In this document: positions 1-13,818 of the stretch, piece after piece
Layout: each line of letters starts with the position of its first letter
How positions within the stretch are numbered: the stretch's first letter is position 1
From: Balanoglossus misakiensis
Taxonomy: Eukaryota; Animalia; Hemichordata
Direction: 5' to 3'
NCBI GenBank assembly: GCA_040954595.2
Contig: CM082587.2
Span: 7,491,705-7,555,704, forward strand
DNA: 64,000 nt
Notes under the pieces: model-generated
What the model saw: the letters and a program-made list of their open reading frames with translations, nothing else
Told to the model about the DNA's origin: nothing
Databases searched by the model: none
Position numbers and translations under genes: made by a program

Positions 1-1817
1 GGCATTACTGCCGAGTTCAGCTGACCTGTATATCAGTTGAATAAGAAAATGTTGGCCGATTCAATACATTGAGGTTAATCATTACCACCAACTCCTCATT
101 GGCATTGAGGTGACCGATAATATGACAGAACTCCCTGACCTCTGTGTGTCATACAAAAGATATTTTCACAAGTGATACGGTGTATTCTCCGCATCACTCG
201 TAAACATAATTTCTGTACGGCACAGATCGCGCGCAGAGGTCATGGATTTATATTATTATTGCATATGTTTCCTCAGATTTGACGAAAATCGAAGTTTCTA
301 TCGTGGAATTTTGATTTACAGTACAATAATTCGGCAAGACGTTACATCCCGAAGACGGTCGTTCATTGGACAAAATTACACAACCACCACTTAACATTAT
401 TTAATGGACACGTGATGGCTTATGATATTGTAAATTCACTCCATATGCAAGTAGTGACCGGTTAAACATGAGGTTTCTTGTAAATATTTGATAATAGCGA
501 GAGAAAACTAAGCAAGTGTAAAATTGAACTAATTAATTAATTGATTGGTTGATTGATTAATTAAATAACAACACGTAAGACCAAAAGAAGCCATTCGATC
601 TTTAGTTTACACATTCTTTCTAACCCTCGGTTTTTAAACATGTCCAATCAAATATATGGATCTGCATCACACACAACATGTATACCAACTGCATGGTGGT
701 AATGCAGGGTACGTACTATGTCACCAGCGTTGTGGTGTATTTTGTGGGTAGGACGGCACTAGTTTTTAACTGTCTACTACAAAAACATTCTACAAATTTC
801 TCAAAGTTCTCGGTAATGAGAAAATGACATTTATAAAGCTAAACATTTGTTTGCTATCCTTGTGAGAAATGTTAACAGTTTTAAATGCCTGAAACCCAAA
901 ATTGTTGTACTGGCTGCGCCGGTTTCTAAGAATTGACCTTAGCACCTATACACCATTCACCAAAACTTACTCTTCTGTTAGTTCAATAACAATTACAATA
1001 ACGTTTGAGTAAGAAACACACTACAAATACAATATCACCCCATCTAAACGGAACACCGTATTATCTCATCAAACGAAGAGAAGTACAACGCTGATCATAA
1101 CATTCATATATTTTCACCTATCACAACCTATTTCGTCTCTTTATGCGACAAAATTGAACACATAAAATTTAATGTGGTCACATTTTTCCATCTGCAAGGA
1201 AATAGCATTAGCGTCACTAAGTCCAGATCCCTTTTTAATCTGATCGCAAGGCGGTGGTTTTCAAGTTTCAAATCGGCAATCAACGCACCCTTTTAGCAAG
1301 GCCATTTCCTTCTATATAAAAATGGAACTGATATTGTAAATTTGAAATGCTCCAGAGAACTGAACAATTCTTTCTGGCCTCGGTTTAATCTATATGACAC
1401 AAATGTATCAAACGAGCTTCTGTTATATCTGCAATATAGCTCTCGTTAAAAAACTTCACCGATGATGTCAAACCACTAATTGACGCCATAGTTGGATCAA
1501 AGTCGAGTCATAGGAAAAGTTTTTCATTTGAATGGTATCTTCGTTATGCAGTTGCGAGAATGTGCATTGTTATAGTTTTAAAAACACTGCTGCTCACCAA
1601 GGAGCAACACTGAAATAAAATCACCATGTAAACTGTAGCGGCACCTTAACATAATGTCAATGATTTGGGGGATGTTTGCATTTTACAAAATGTACACACC
1701 CATGCGCCAACGAGATGCGCGAAAACTATAAGCCTGTCAGTGTGCGTATAATGTGAGGAGTTATACAGCTTCAACTGTTCTCGATTTGAATTCAGGAGGC
1801 AACACCGCGGTCAAGCA

Positions 1818-2882
1818 ATGAAGGCACTACGGAAAATTGTTTTTGTGGCGATACCGTTCGTCGTATCAATGATAAGCGTTGTCTACTACATTTGTCATTT
1901 TGGCACTAATTTGTCCGCACAGCAATTGGTTGACCCAAACACTGTTACTGTACAGAGATCCCCAACAGTGGCTAATGTGCACGTTCTTATACACGCTCGA
2001 ATGCGAACTGGGTCAACGCTTGCCGGAAGCTATTTTGCCACTCACCCGGACTTCTTTTATGTCTACGAGCCTGGATATATGCTGATTGAACACAACGGTA
2101 TGGATTTTTATGAAGACAGCTTCGATTATTTAGAAAGTATCCGTCACGAATTAACTGATTTCATGCACGCATTCTACAATTGTAATTTCACAAATCGTGA
2201 CTACTATTTCAACAGTTTGATACGCCATGGATTTATGAGATCACAAGGGAATATTCCAAAGCAACGTGACAGGGCGGCTTTACTAAGCAATGTAACCACA
2301 ATGTGTAGATCAAAGCGCCATATTGTAACCAAGACTATACGCTTGAACAACATACTGCTTGCTGCGCCTATGCTCCGAAACGACAAAGTCAAAATTATCC
2401 ACTTAGTTCGCGATCCGCGTGGGATGACATCTTCAAGATCCATTTACGGAAATTTGAAGAAAAAGAACAATTCTCAACACGAAGAGAGGCAGCGGCAAAT
2501 GATTAAGAATTATTGCATTTGGTTAGATATCAACTTCGTCAGCGTAGCCAACGCGGACCACTGGTTCAAAGACAATTATTTCTTGATCCGCTATGAGGAC
2601 CTGTCTGATCGACCTGAGGAGTTCGTTCCGAAATTGTACGACTTTGTTGGGCTTCCGATGCATCCGACAATACAGAAAAAAATACAACAGCCCGGGAAGA
2701 AAATCGGCAATGGAGAAAAATGGAGAACAAAACTGACTTACGAAGAAGTACAACATATTCAAGAACTTTGCCCTCAGAAAGTTCTGAAGAGATACGGTTA
2801 TATAGCAATACATAACAAGGAAGAATTAATAAATGGAAACGTTAGCTTGGTTGTTCCCGTTACCGACGTGGGAAAACAATAA
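1818..2882 (+). CDS. Golgi carbohydrate sulfotransferase (CHST1/3/5-like), single coding exon, 354 aa
   Basis: N-terminal type II TM anchor (IVFVAIPFVVSMISVVYYI); 5'-PAPS loop HARMRTGST followed by FYVYEP; KTIRL; 3'-PB motif IHLVRDPRG; RYEDL; C-terminal KWR...YGY. Confidence 0.93.
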   Translation: MKALRKIVFVAIPFVVSMISVVYYICHFGTNLSAQQLVDPNTVTVQRSPTVANVHVLIHARMRTGSTLAGSYFATHPDFFYVYEPGYMLIEHNGMDFYEDSFDYLESIRHELTDFMHAFYNCNFTNRDYYFNSLIRHGFMRSQGNIPKQRDRAALLSNVTTMCRSKRHIVTKTIRLNNILLAAPMLRNDKVKIIHLVRDPRGMTSSRSIYGNLKKKNNSQHEERQRQMIKNYCIWLDINFVSVANADHWFKDNYFLIRYEDLSDRPEEFVPKLYDFVGLPMHPTIQKKIQQPGKKIGNGEKWRTKLTYEEVQHIQELCPQKVLKRYGYIAIHNKEELINGNVSLVVPVTDVGKQ

Positions 2883-4660
2883 ATGATTTACCGCATGTAA
2901 TCTAATATGGCTGGCTGGTGCCATATTAGATCACGTGGGGCTCTTCTTCCATGTTTGTAGTGTATGTGTTTGTTTGTTTGTTTGATGCTATTGATTGGTA
3001 TAATAAACACAATTTTTAAACAAATTTGTTTGTTTACAAATATTTTCACATTTGTTTGTTTGTTGATAGGTTAGGGTTGGTGTAAGGGTTGGGGTAAGAG
3101 TTGGGGCTGGCGTTAATGAAATATTGAAGCACTCGAAAAACTGGATTACAAACAAAACAGATCAGACAACGTCACCAGATACAGAAACTGAACAAGTTCG
3201 GATTAATCACTCTGATTTATACCAGGTTCACATTGGGTAAAACTAGAAACGTTTCAGAGACACTATTTGCTATTTGTAAACACAGACTGAAGATTAATCG
3301 TTTGGGTCGCTTTGTGTCCACACACACGAAGTTTAACCATAGACCCTTACAATGGTTTGCTTGGAGATGTTAATCATTTACACTGGCTCAGGTCTGGCCG
3401 GCAAAGCCGTCTTAAATCTGGAATGTTCCGGGACCACTTAAACTGTTCACACACCGCATTCCTTCGTTGGCTTGGCAATGGTACATGATTAACTTTACAG
3501 GATTGAGTTGTTGGTGTCGTTGGATGTTGATTGGGTTTGACGTTTTCTCGCATAAACAGAATGAGCATAAAACTAGCAAATTTCAATTAGTAAATATAAT
3601 GAAGTTGTGAAGGTGACGACATACACATTACCATTTACCAATACCTTCAACAGAATAATAAACCAAAAAATACAACATTCTTAACGATATTAGCGTGTTG
3701 AACGACCTATCTGAGTACGCAATGTCTGTGTCGACGACTTGCGTGCCACCAGTGGGCATAAAACCTGATAACAACAGCCGTATAGCACTAGAGATATGGA
3801 CGTAAGGTCAGTTCACGGTTTGTTGACCCCATCTATTCTGAACCCAAGAATAGGGGCGCAATTAATAAAATTGATTAAAACCGACATTCATTCAAGAAAA
3901 AGGCCAAAATACCACTAATTCACCGCCTAATTCTTACTGTCCTCGTTTTATACTGCATTGATATCTTAAATTTGTGGCCGCCGCAGACTGATTATAAATT
4001 TCGAACAGTAACGTCAAGTGGTTGTAAATTATTGTAGTCATTCCAGGTTTTTCCTATACCGATAAAGACGTGGCTAGCATACTAATAATATTAATTTCTT
4101 TTATTTATTTCCTGTTGCTATAGTTTTCCTATGGAGGAAATATCTGAACAGCTTTATCAAAAAATATAATACTTCTCCTTTGGCAACTTTGTGGAAATTT
4201 CAAGAAATTAACAATAATGCAACACTGTTTTCTCTAACTTCTATCTGTAAGGCTAAGAGATGTGATACCCATACATTGTATCTCGGTAGTCCACTTCCGT
4301 TAATTTGGAAAACAAACCGTATACAGAACACAGTCATTACTTATAAACTGGTCCCTAAAAATGCATGTCACATGACCAGATTATGAAAACGGCTGCATGT
4401 ACTGTACACGACCGGCTTTCCTTCTTATGAAAGGGGCTGTATGTTGCTTAATTAAATAAAGACAACTTAGTCGCTACTTTAAGAAAATGGGGCGTTTTAA
4501 TCAGGTAGGCATTGTGTCACGCGGGAAGATTTGCAAAACTAAAAATTAAAGTTACAATACAATACTTTAAAGTTTTTCGATTTTATGGAGGTAAAATACA
4601 TAGATTTCACACTCTGATATATATCACACATAGTTTTATCCACTGTGAGCGGAAAGGTGT

Positions 4661-4754
4661 GAATGAATGAATGAATGAATGAATGAATGAATGAATGAAT
4701 GAATGAATGAATGAATGAATGAATGAATGAATGAATAAATGAATGAATGAATGA
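4661..4754. repeat. (GAAT)n microsatellite
   Basis: Directly visible tetranucleotide run. Confidence 0.97.
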
Positions 4755-5021
4755 AAACGTGTGAAATTATCAAGGATTCGATTGTTCCAAAATTATTCAA
4801 CTTGCGCTCCTTGGCAGAACTAAAATATGTACACTTATTTGAGAACAGCAAAAAAATGTCATATTTTTGAGAATAATACTTTGAAATCATTAAAATTATC
4901 ACAGTCTAATCCAACTTCAGATCGATAACATAACACTATCACTAAATTTGCAGATCACGCTTCCTCGGACTGTTCTGTGATTACAGACTTCGATTAGTTT
5001 GCCTGGAGCAAAGGACGTCCG

Positions 5022-8000
5022 TTAAAGAAGGCGGCCAATATCACGAAGTGCTTGTGGTATTTCAGGTAATTCCTGCAGTGATGTGGTGTTTTTACCCTCT
5101 TGTTTTCTTGTCCATTCCACGTAGAACGACCAGTTTGAAGATGCGGTACTGATGAATAAGGCTGCCGCTTTGAGAAAGAATAGACAGAATTGACTTTTCA
5201 TACAAAATAGTCCATTTCCATGGTGTACATAAGTGACAATTTGCCAACTTTGAAAAATACACTGAAAGCCCGTTACCAATTACGGGAGTGTACGACATTT
5301 TCTTTTCTATTTAATAAGCATTTGTTCAGTTTATCATTTCGACACTTTTCAGTGTTTTCTGAATAGTGTACATTTGAGTCATAACATTGTGATCAGAAGT
5401 ACACACAGCCATTCCGAAAATGTCTCCCATCATTTTTATAACTGTAAAATGTTTTTTTTTTTTTTTACATATTTCTAGTATGGACCACTGGATCGCAGAC
5501 AAGTCCACTCGGCCATGCTTTCAATTTGGGATTTAAAGTCTGGAACAGAAATAAAAAGAGCTCGAAAATATGCTTTCAGGAACCCCATAAGTTTGTGGAT
5601 CAATTAGCAAGCTACAATTCTCCCTTGGGCTGACCTTTGACCTATTTCTCCATATCTTGATATGCACATATGTAAACTTCACCTATAGTATGTAATTAAT
5701 TATAGACTTGAATTGGACATATATTTTGAAGACAGAAATGCTAATTTAAAACAGGAACTTGCAATACACTAATTTTTGCTGCGTCATTGTCAACGTGTTA
5801 TCACCTCTGTAGATCATGAAAAAAGAATGCTTATAAAAATTAAATATAGACATTTTCAGTATTTTGCTTGAAATACACGCGTGAACCTCACAGGCTACAT
5901 GTACATGTAACTGCATACCCAAGAAGTTAAGGTATTATGGCTGTACTATTAACACATATTGCCCTTGTTGACGAACGCTAGGCGGCTACATGTACGTATG
6001 TTATAGGTTTCCACAAAATTTGAACTCAAGTCTTATCTTGAATTTATGTAAATGGTTAACCTTTGTGTATGGCAACAACTGCATTTAACAAAAAGTAATG
6101 GACTTTCATTATCAAACTTACCTTCAGCAATTTCCTGTTCTATAAGAGATATGACATAATTGTCGTTTTTGTAACGAGACAGGCTTGTCGACATGGAAAA
6201 TAGGTCTTCCAAGATATAAACAGACTGTAGCTTCTGTTTTAAATGAATCAACATTGCCTGAAACATAAATGCATGCTGAATGATACAACGTATCCTTCCA
6301 TTTAATGTAAAAACAGTCCGGTTAGGCACTAGGATAAACGAGGCCTGCCTAAATTAATTGAAAGTTTCTCATTGCTAATGAGTGTAAATATCATTTTTCT
6401 GTTTAATGATGTATCTGTCTCGATTTGTCTACCTGTCTCTTACCTGAGTATACGGCGGAGTTGACACATAGAGACATGTTAGTCCTTGCAAAGTCATCAG
6501 CCGTTTTACTCCAGCGATAATTGCATCTGTAGCCTTATTTAGCTCCGCGAGTTTACGAGCAGCACGACATTTTCCTGGTGGGCTGTTCCGGCAACTTTTG
6601 GAGAGGACAAAATAAGTCAACGTCATTCATTGAGTTTGTGCACTTCAGTATCAGAAATTGTATCAATGGATTAAGCATTTCGAAATGTTTGTACCAGACG
6701 CGTCTGTGTGTTTTGGAAATACGTCATTAATTAGAAAAGTGAATTAGGCCTAAATATGCAAATATGCATGGTATTTGGCATGGCTCACATGGTGATATTT
6801 TAATATCCAATTTTATGCAGTAATGTAATTTATCATATGCTCTGGTGACGTTTATCACGATGTTTAGAGTAAAATATCCGATGATATTTCACGCTAAATG
6901 TCATCAGTTCTTGCGCTGATTCACGGACCTATGTTCATGAAAACTGGCCTTGAATGTAAACGAACGTAACAAGAGTTTTTCCAGTACGCTTTTGTTAGAC
7001 ATAAAAAATATGCAGTTTAATGGCCATGGAAAAGCGACCAAATAAAACAAATTTATGTGGTGTGACTGAAGTAAGTACGAGTTCAAAGCAACAAGACTAC
7101 GCGACCGGCGTACTAGCTCTGCGTACAGGTCTGTGTGCTCCCGGCGTTACACAGTGGAGGCCGTGTAACGCCGGGAACATAGAGACCTGCACGCAGAGCT
7201 AGCGGCGTACCAGCTGCGCATTCCACCGCGTTCATCTGAGCTACACCCGCCCACAGTCAGCTGCAGTGCACATCAACAACTCAACCGCCCAACTCAGACA
7301 CCAGGAAGCGAGGTCAAATATTACCACTCAATCTCAAGTCGATAATCGGGTACTTTCACATACGGTCTTATTTGATAAGTTTGAATTGGGTGGTCAAGAT
7401 TTATGGTGGCTCGTTCAACACATACATGTATTTACAAATGCGGCGGGTCGAGTCCTGCCCGCTATCGTTCGTGCACCTGAGACAGCCACCAACCTCCTAT
7501 AGTATACAAACGACGTCTCCGCGCATTCACATATGGCAATTCTTCACGTATTCCATGGTCAACCATTTAAATAACGGCTTTTTATTAACTCATTCTTGCC
7601 ATTTTAATAAGTATCCATGTACAAAATTTGACAGAAATCATTTTAGAGATTATTTTACCAGAAATTCAGACACACCATAAAGCTTTAACGCACATTTACC
7701 CATAAACTTATGTCAGCTAGAAAATAATAACACTGAAATAGTGTATGTGAAGCATTGCGGTTCCAGTATAATGCGACCTTTTAATTGTTGCTGTGGTTTG
7801 GCTGGATTTATTTGCTATGCTACGCGGCGTTAATATGGAGTGAAATGGGTTGAACATGCACAAAAGCTGCTCCTGGCCGCGGTACTAACCTTTCTCCTGT
7901 TTTATTTCTCCAATGAAGAGAGGCGTAAGTTCCATTGCAGATTTTATTCCCTATTTCAGAGGCTGCTTCACGAATGTACGGGGCACGTCTGAAATACCTA

Positions 8001-9278
8001 TTGACCAATGGCTCCAACTCTGAAGAACAGGGAATCTTACCCAACTTTGATGGGTAAAAATATAAACACGATACATTTTCGAACTTCGCAAATACATCTT
8101 CAGTTCCATTTGGAGGCTTGATGACGCCACCATTCTTGGGAAACGATATTCCACAACGAGATTTGTAATCAGAGAACGCCGCTATTTGGAAGTCAGTGTC
8201 GCTGACAGAGCTATGTGTGTGGGCGTATTTCTGTTCTAGGCGCAGATTGGTTGAGTTGTCGACTGGGGGAACAGCGATTTGATCCACACTTACTTTGTTT
8301 CCGCACTGTTTTTTGAATTGTTCTAACGTTACTGTTGGTATGAGTTTATTGAGTTCCGCGATATCAATACTCTCGTTGATATATCTAACTGCCTTGGTCT
8401 GGAGTAGGTGGTTGTGAAATGGTAGCTCCACAACAGTCCGATCTGTGTAAACAGCGAACGCCAATGCTTTCCGGTAAGCATTGTGCAACACCATCGGTCC
8501 ACCTCTGTATGTTACAAGAGGAACTAAAAACTGTTCGCGTGTTGAGGTCTTACTGCTTCTTGATTTTCCGTTCATACCTTTCGTTGAGCCTCCACTTAGA
8601 CTGGTGCATGCTTTACTGTCTTGTGAACTTTCCTGCAGGCGAAAATTACAAACTGGTAATTAGCACAGAGTATCGCTTTATAGACATTGGCGGTGTTAAT
8701 TCTTTGTGGTCAAGTTTAATCCCACACTAGTGCTATAGTCTCGTTTTTAAATGTCAATACATCATTTCGATTATCACGTGCTGTACCAATATGGGAACAT
8801 AAACTTTTGTGGTGAGGATGTTGGTGTAACCATTACCTCAACTTGAAGCCGAAGCGCGAATACACTACCAACCTGTCTAATATGCATGATCTATAGTGTT
8901 AAAACTGACTTAACTGACATTTTAGTGCATTGCTGTGGCATTACATCCACGCTGCAAAACGTGAAAGTAACGTTTGTTGTTAGTAATTGAGTCACTTAAG
9001 ATGAAAATTAGAGTTCACAACATGTTATATCGCTCTCTTCCACACTATATGGCTACATAGTGCTCTTTCACTGCCTATGAAGTTGACATTTGTGGGGTGT
9101 TACTCACCTTGGGCCTATAAGCAGTAATGGCGAAGTCTTTAGGAAACTCTCTTAACAAAGCAGTCATCCTAGTGATATCGATACGTTTTGCAATATAATT
9201 GCATGATAGCAAAATGACCAGTACACTTATTAAGCACAAAAGAAGCAAGCACTTTCCTCTTGTGAGGCGACGAGACAT
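5022..9278 (-). CDS. GDP-fucose O-fucosyltransferase-like (GT68/POFUT2-fold) type II membrane protein, 5 exons, about 448 aa
   Basis: Phase-consistent GT-AG exons 9278-9108, 8632-7890, 6594-6444, 6257-6122, 5167-5022. N-terminal anchor (CLLLLCLISVLVILL); RTVVELP; YASLHWR; VKRLM..GLTCLYVST; SLIEQEIA..A.LFIST.SSNWS..V...R, all matching the O-FucT family pattern. Upstream in-frame ATGs (9293, 9311) are alternative starts. Confidence 0.8.
7113..7201. repeat. Hairpin-forming dispersed repeat (partial second copy near 56092-56140)
   Basis: tagctctgcgtacaggtct...agacctgcacgcagagcta inverted arms; related sequence tagccctgcgtacaggtctatgtg at 56092. Confidence 0.7.
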
Positions 9279-9885
9279 ATTTTGAGCACACATTATAAAT
9301 GGCGATAACATAACGCCTGCATGTTTTCGAGGTCAATCACTTGCATCCACATCCACGGTGAACTTTAGACCAAACTTGTTTCGACCAATGACTGACTAGG
9401 TTATTTTGCATGCCTGTGCGTATACCTATAATAATTAACGTGGGCAGTTTCAAGGTATCCCAGCCACAGTGCGTTTCTCCGGGTTTTCCTACGTGCTCCA
9501 CCACTTTAATTTGCCAGTAATTGGGTGCTTCTCCATGCATATTCACATTTTCAAACGCTTATGCGCTCAGGGTCTTTTATCTTAATTGATTTTAAAACCA
9601 GCCCCAATGTCCCGCTTAACAGATACTTAAGAAAAATCGCCTCCTATGCAATCGCATGGGTGTGAACTCGTGAGCTAAAACCATCGGCTCGGGTGGTTAA
9701 TTGTAACACTGCGTAAACAGTAGTTATCTTCCGTCAATCTTCTGTCACATTTGTGTCATGATACATCTACTGCAATAGTAATAGCAGACAGGTTTGGGAG
9801 AGACGGGACGAGCTCGAGCGTGTATATTAAACTACAGGGATCTCCCTCGAAATTCAACTGACGCTGGTAACTCTTAAGTGAAGCA

Positions 9886-10669
9886 ATGAAGAAAACGAAG
9901 TTTGCACGTTTCCTCATACTTCTCCTGATAGCGCTCATCGCATCATTGATAAGCGTCAAAACGTTTTGTAATTCAGGGAACCCTTTGTCGTCGTCGGAGT
10001 CAGTATTCGTAGAAATTACGACCGGTCGGATGTCTCCTGTCGAACATAGCGCAAGGACCAACTTACAGGTTATTATTCACGCGAGAATGCGCACTGGGTC
10101 CAAGAATCATACTGTAACGAAGGCTATACGCCTTAACAACGTTGTGTTTGTTGCTCCAATGCTTCGAAAGGGCAATGTCAAAGTTATACACTTAGTTCGT
10201 GATCCACGCGGAATGACTCCTTCAAGAACCATTTTAAAGACCAAATACCAACAAAATAACGCGCTACGACACATGATTAATGATTATTGTATTTGGTTGG
10301 ATACCAATTTTGTTAGCGCAGCGATCTCTGATCATTGGTTCAAAGACAATTATTTCTTGATCCGGTATGAAGACCTTTCTGATCGACCTGAGGAGTTCGT
10401 TCCAAAATTATACGACTTTGTTGGGCTTCCCGTGCACCCGATAATACAGAAAAAAAATACTACAGCCCGAGAAGAAATTCGGCAATGGAGAAAAATGGAG
10501 AACAAAGTTGAGTTACGAAGAAGTAAAGATGATTCAAGACATTTGCCCCGCAAGAGTTCTACAGAGATTCGGCTACGTGGCGATACACAGCGAGGAAGAA
10601 TTAACAAATCTAAATACCAGCGTAGTTCTTCCGGTTTCAGCATTAGAAGACATGACTACTCTTATTTAA
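9886..10669 (+). pseudogene. Sulfotransferase paralog of 1818-2882 with in-frame 99-codon deletion and +1 frameshift
   Basis: HARMRTGS joins directly to KNHTVTKAIRL. The DHWFKDNYFLIRYEDLSDRPEEFVPKLYDFVGLP block is identical to copy 1. An A8 run at 10450-10457 (A7 in copy 1) shifts the frame; the alternative frame restores FGNGEKWRTKLSYEEV...FGY. Confidence 0.85.
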
Positions 10670-10739
10670 TGACGTTGATATCGTCGTAAAATTAGAAGAC
10701 ATGACTACTCTAATTTAATGACGTTGATATCGTCGTAAA
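10642..10739. repeat. 49-bp tandem duplication spanning the ancestral stop codon
   Basis: attagaagacatgactactc...gatatcgtcgtaaa occurs twice in tandem. Confidence 0.92.
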
Positions 10740-13700
10740 CAATTTTAATGGAACGATGCCAAAGAACTTTTGTTTCAAAATCACGCATCCCTTTTAGCTC
10801 ACGTGTGTACACATAATGAATGTACCGAATTTATTGAAACATGCTATAAATGATGATACGACAGGGATCTGACTGCATTGTGAGACATTTAACTGTGTCA
10901 TGTTAATTATGGATAATTTGAATATTTTACTAATATCTGAATCCCGAGTTCCTGCACCAAATGTAATTCAAATAGTCAGACAAACTGTTTCTACATCATC
11001 AATTATACTGTTTTTAAAACACTCTACCAGTTTTTAATCAATACAATGCAAATTTACATATTTAATGACTGTTCTGAACAGTGCTCTATTTCCGAAAAAA
11101 AATGCACCAAATGTGTTGAAACTTGCTTCAGTTATTGATCTGACGCAGATTGAAGTCACCCATTTATCTTCAAAATTTATCGGCGTGGGTCGATCAGGTT
11201 CCTCTTTGTTATAAACAAATTGGTGATGTATTCATTAATCCAACTGATTTATTCCCAATCTTGATATGGATGTCACACTCGATTTTGCTCCTACTTCATG
11301 TATATCAGCACACATTATTCACGTCAACTTTGCAAATCAGTCTCGCATGCCCTAGTGGGAGACGGGCAACCTTCGTAGAAAGTTAGATAAATCTCCAACC
11401 GAGAAATTCACATATGAAAGTTTCATTAAATCTCACTTCGATTACTACAACAACTTTCCGGTCTCTGCACTTTTGAAATTCATAAGCGGCAAACAATTCC
11501 AAATTCAGCAGCTCCACCTGTCACCGGAATGAAACACGTGACCACATGTTATAACTCTATATCTCGCTGTTCGCGACGTTCACTGGTTCTCCGTTCAGCA
11601 GCGAATGCAAATTAAAAGTTGTGTGCATTAAATTTTAAATTCTAAGTGGGTTTGCACCACCTTATTTTGATGAACATGTGACTAGACGCACCACTGTTCA
11701 CACCTAGCGCTTATACCACAAGGATTTATTCAGGGAACGTTTAGTAATAATTACTGTATATGATATAAACTGAATAAGTTTGTTGTCTGTCAACTCTTCT
11801 GTCTTTCTCTTACTGATACGATTCTAACCGGAACACTGAGGCTACTCTACACATTGGCACAGTATAATTATACGCATGATAAAATGCGCCCTCTTTTGGT
11901 GAACTGTTCCTACCGCCTGACCTCCTACCCTTGTGTTGATGTGTTGAATGTGTTCATTCATGTTTTTAATTTAACACTCAATGCACGTTCACACGTTTCC
12001 CCATATAAAAGCCATAGAGTACAAAACATGCACATATATTAATCTCGTGGGCCTGTTTATTTGGTACTCTAAGCCACGGTAACTCCTGTTCGATGAATAA
12101 GTCAAAAAGAGAAGATGGCTGTCATTGCCTCATGGGAAAAAGCACAGCTGACAGCCTCCACTACTGAAACATTATAAATATTTATTCAACAGGACTATGG
12201 TAAATAATAAAGTGAAAATTAACTCTGGGTTATCGTTTATTTTAAAGGCATCGTCACAATGGTACTTTTAATTCACACTGGAAAATTGTCATGTAGATTC
12301 CTGACTAATAAGTTGCTTCATCATGCTGTACTGACATTGATTGGGTGCAACATAGATTAGTATACACCAAGCCGCCATTCTGACATGCCTATTTTCGACA
12401 AACTACATGTCGTACACCACTAAGCACTCCAAAACGACACATGCAATACACATGTATATGTTTCAATACAAAGTTCAAGTATCACGCTGGAGGTATTTGC
12501 ATCAGTCATCGTCCTGTCAAATTTTCAGAAACAAGGTACAGATGCGTTTTCGTGGAATAACAGCGTTTTGCAGCAAATGACATACGGCATGCATACAGTA
12601 CACGCAGTGAACACACGGGTCTTCTGGCCAAAGGACTGAAAATCGTTGGTCAGTGAATTCTTTCTGTGGAGCTCAAATCGCTTTAATTGCATCAGTAAAA
12701 GTTTACAGTTTTTTTTTCTTTTATGTATAACACCATCGTTCACACCGAAACAGGTAGTAGGAAAAGGGTATATCATTAATTATTTTTGTTAAAACTGCCA
12801 TTTCTGAAGGCTGCCAATAACCTATATCGAAAATTTTAATTTCTCGTAAAAGCCGCCATACCTACATAGGAAAACCTCAACTTTCGAGTGTATATGCTGG
12901 CAGAAAACATCAGTTCAGTGTTTGAGGTGTGCATTGATTGTATATTTATATTCTGATCCACACTTCTTTGAAACTGATGCAGAAACAAAATATTTGCTGT
13001 GAAGAAGTTCAACATTCACCTCTGATGGCGCTTTACCACCTGTAAAGACTAGCTGTAACTATAGTAGTACATGTATAATGTTGTAACATCAAGTACATGT
13101 GCCGGTATCATAATTGTTTTTGAATAATGTCCAGCGATCTCAGGAATTTAAAACAAATGTTCCCATTCGCAACACTGCCAGTTCCGACGCCCTCAGCGAA
13201 CGAAGTATAAAAAAACGTCTTTTTCGTGTTGCAGTTTCATGGCGTGAACGTCAGTCTATATTGATGCCACGTGGTCTTTTGTCCACGGTTTGTTTTTCAT
13301 TAACGTCGAGGGGTTCCGACGCCCTCAGCGAACGCAGAATAAAAAAATCGTGTTCATTGATGTGAACGGGAAATGCACTCAGAGAACGGCCTACTAGCTT
13401 CTGCGTCACGTTTTCATCAGGAAAATATTCCCCTTTCCGATGACATCTTATGAGCCTACGGAATCGGATAACCATGCTCTATATCTGAGTAGTCCCCTCA
13501 CAGGGAATTTAGGAGTCTTGTTGTTGTTGTTGTTGTTGTTTATGGGTAACGTGCACAGAGACGTTCTCCCTATAATCTCGAGGAAAGTGAGGTGGGGGCA
13601 ATTGACGCAGCCACGTTCCGGTTGGTTGGTCCACAACAACCCCCAGGATGTTTCTGCCGACAAATAAATGAAAGAACACGTCATCTATAGCGTCTCAATT

Positions 13701-13818
13701 ACTCCCTTGCTTTCTCTCCAGTGGCTATATATAATTCTATGCAAAACACGCAAAATTTGTCAAGTTGTTCACATATTATATGATCGCTGATTAGCCGCGA
13801 AACTCGCAAAGCGCGACC

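Noticed and set aside
1-230. Possible exon at the window start
   Set aside because: The minus-strand frames I read contain stops and show no recognisable homology.
10458-10689. Basic, Arg-rich C-terminus of the 267-aa ORF as a novel domain
   Set aside because: It is the out-of-frame read-through after the A8 frameshift.
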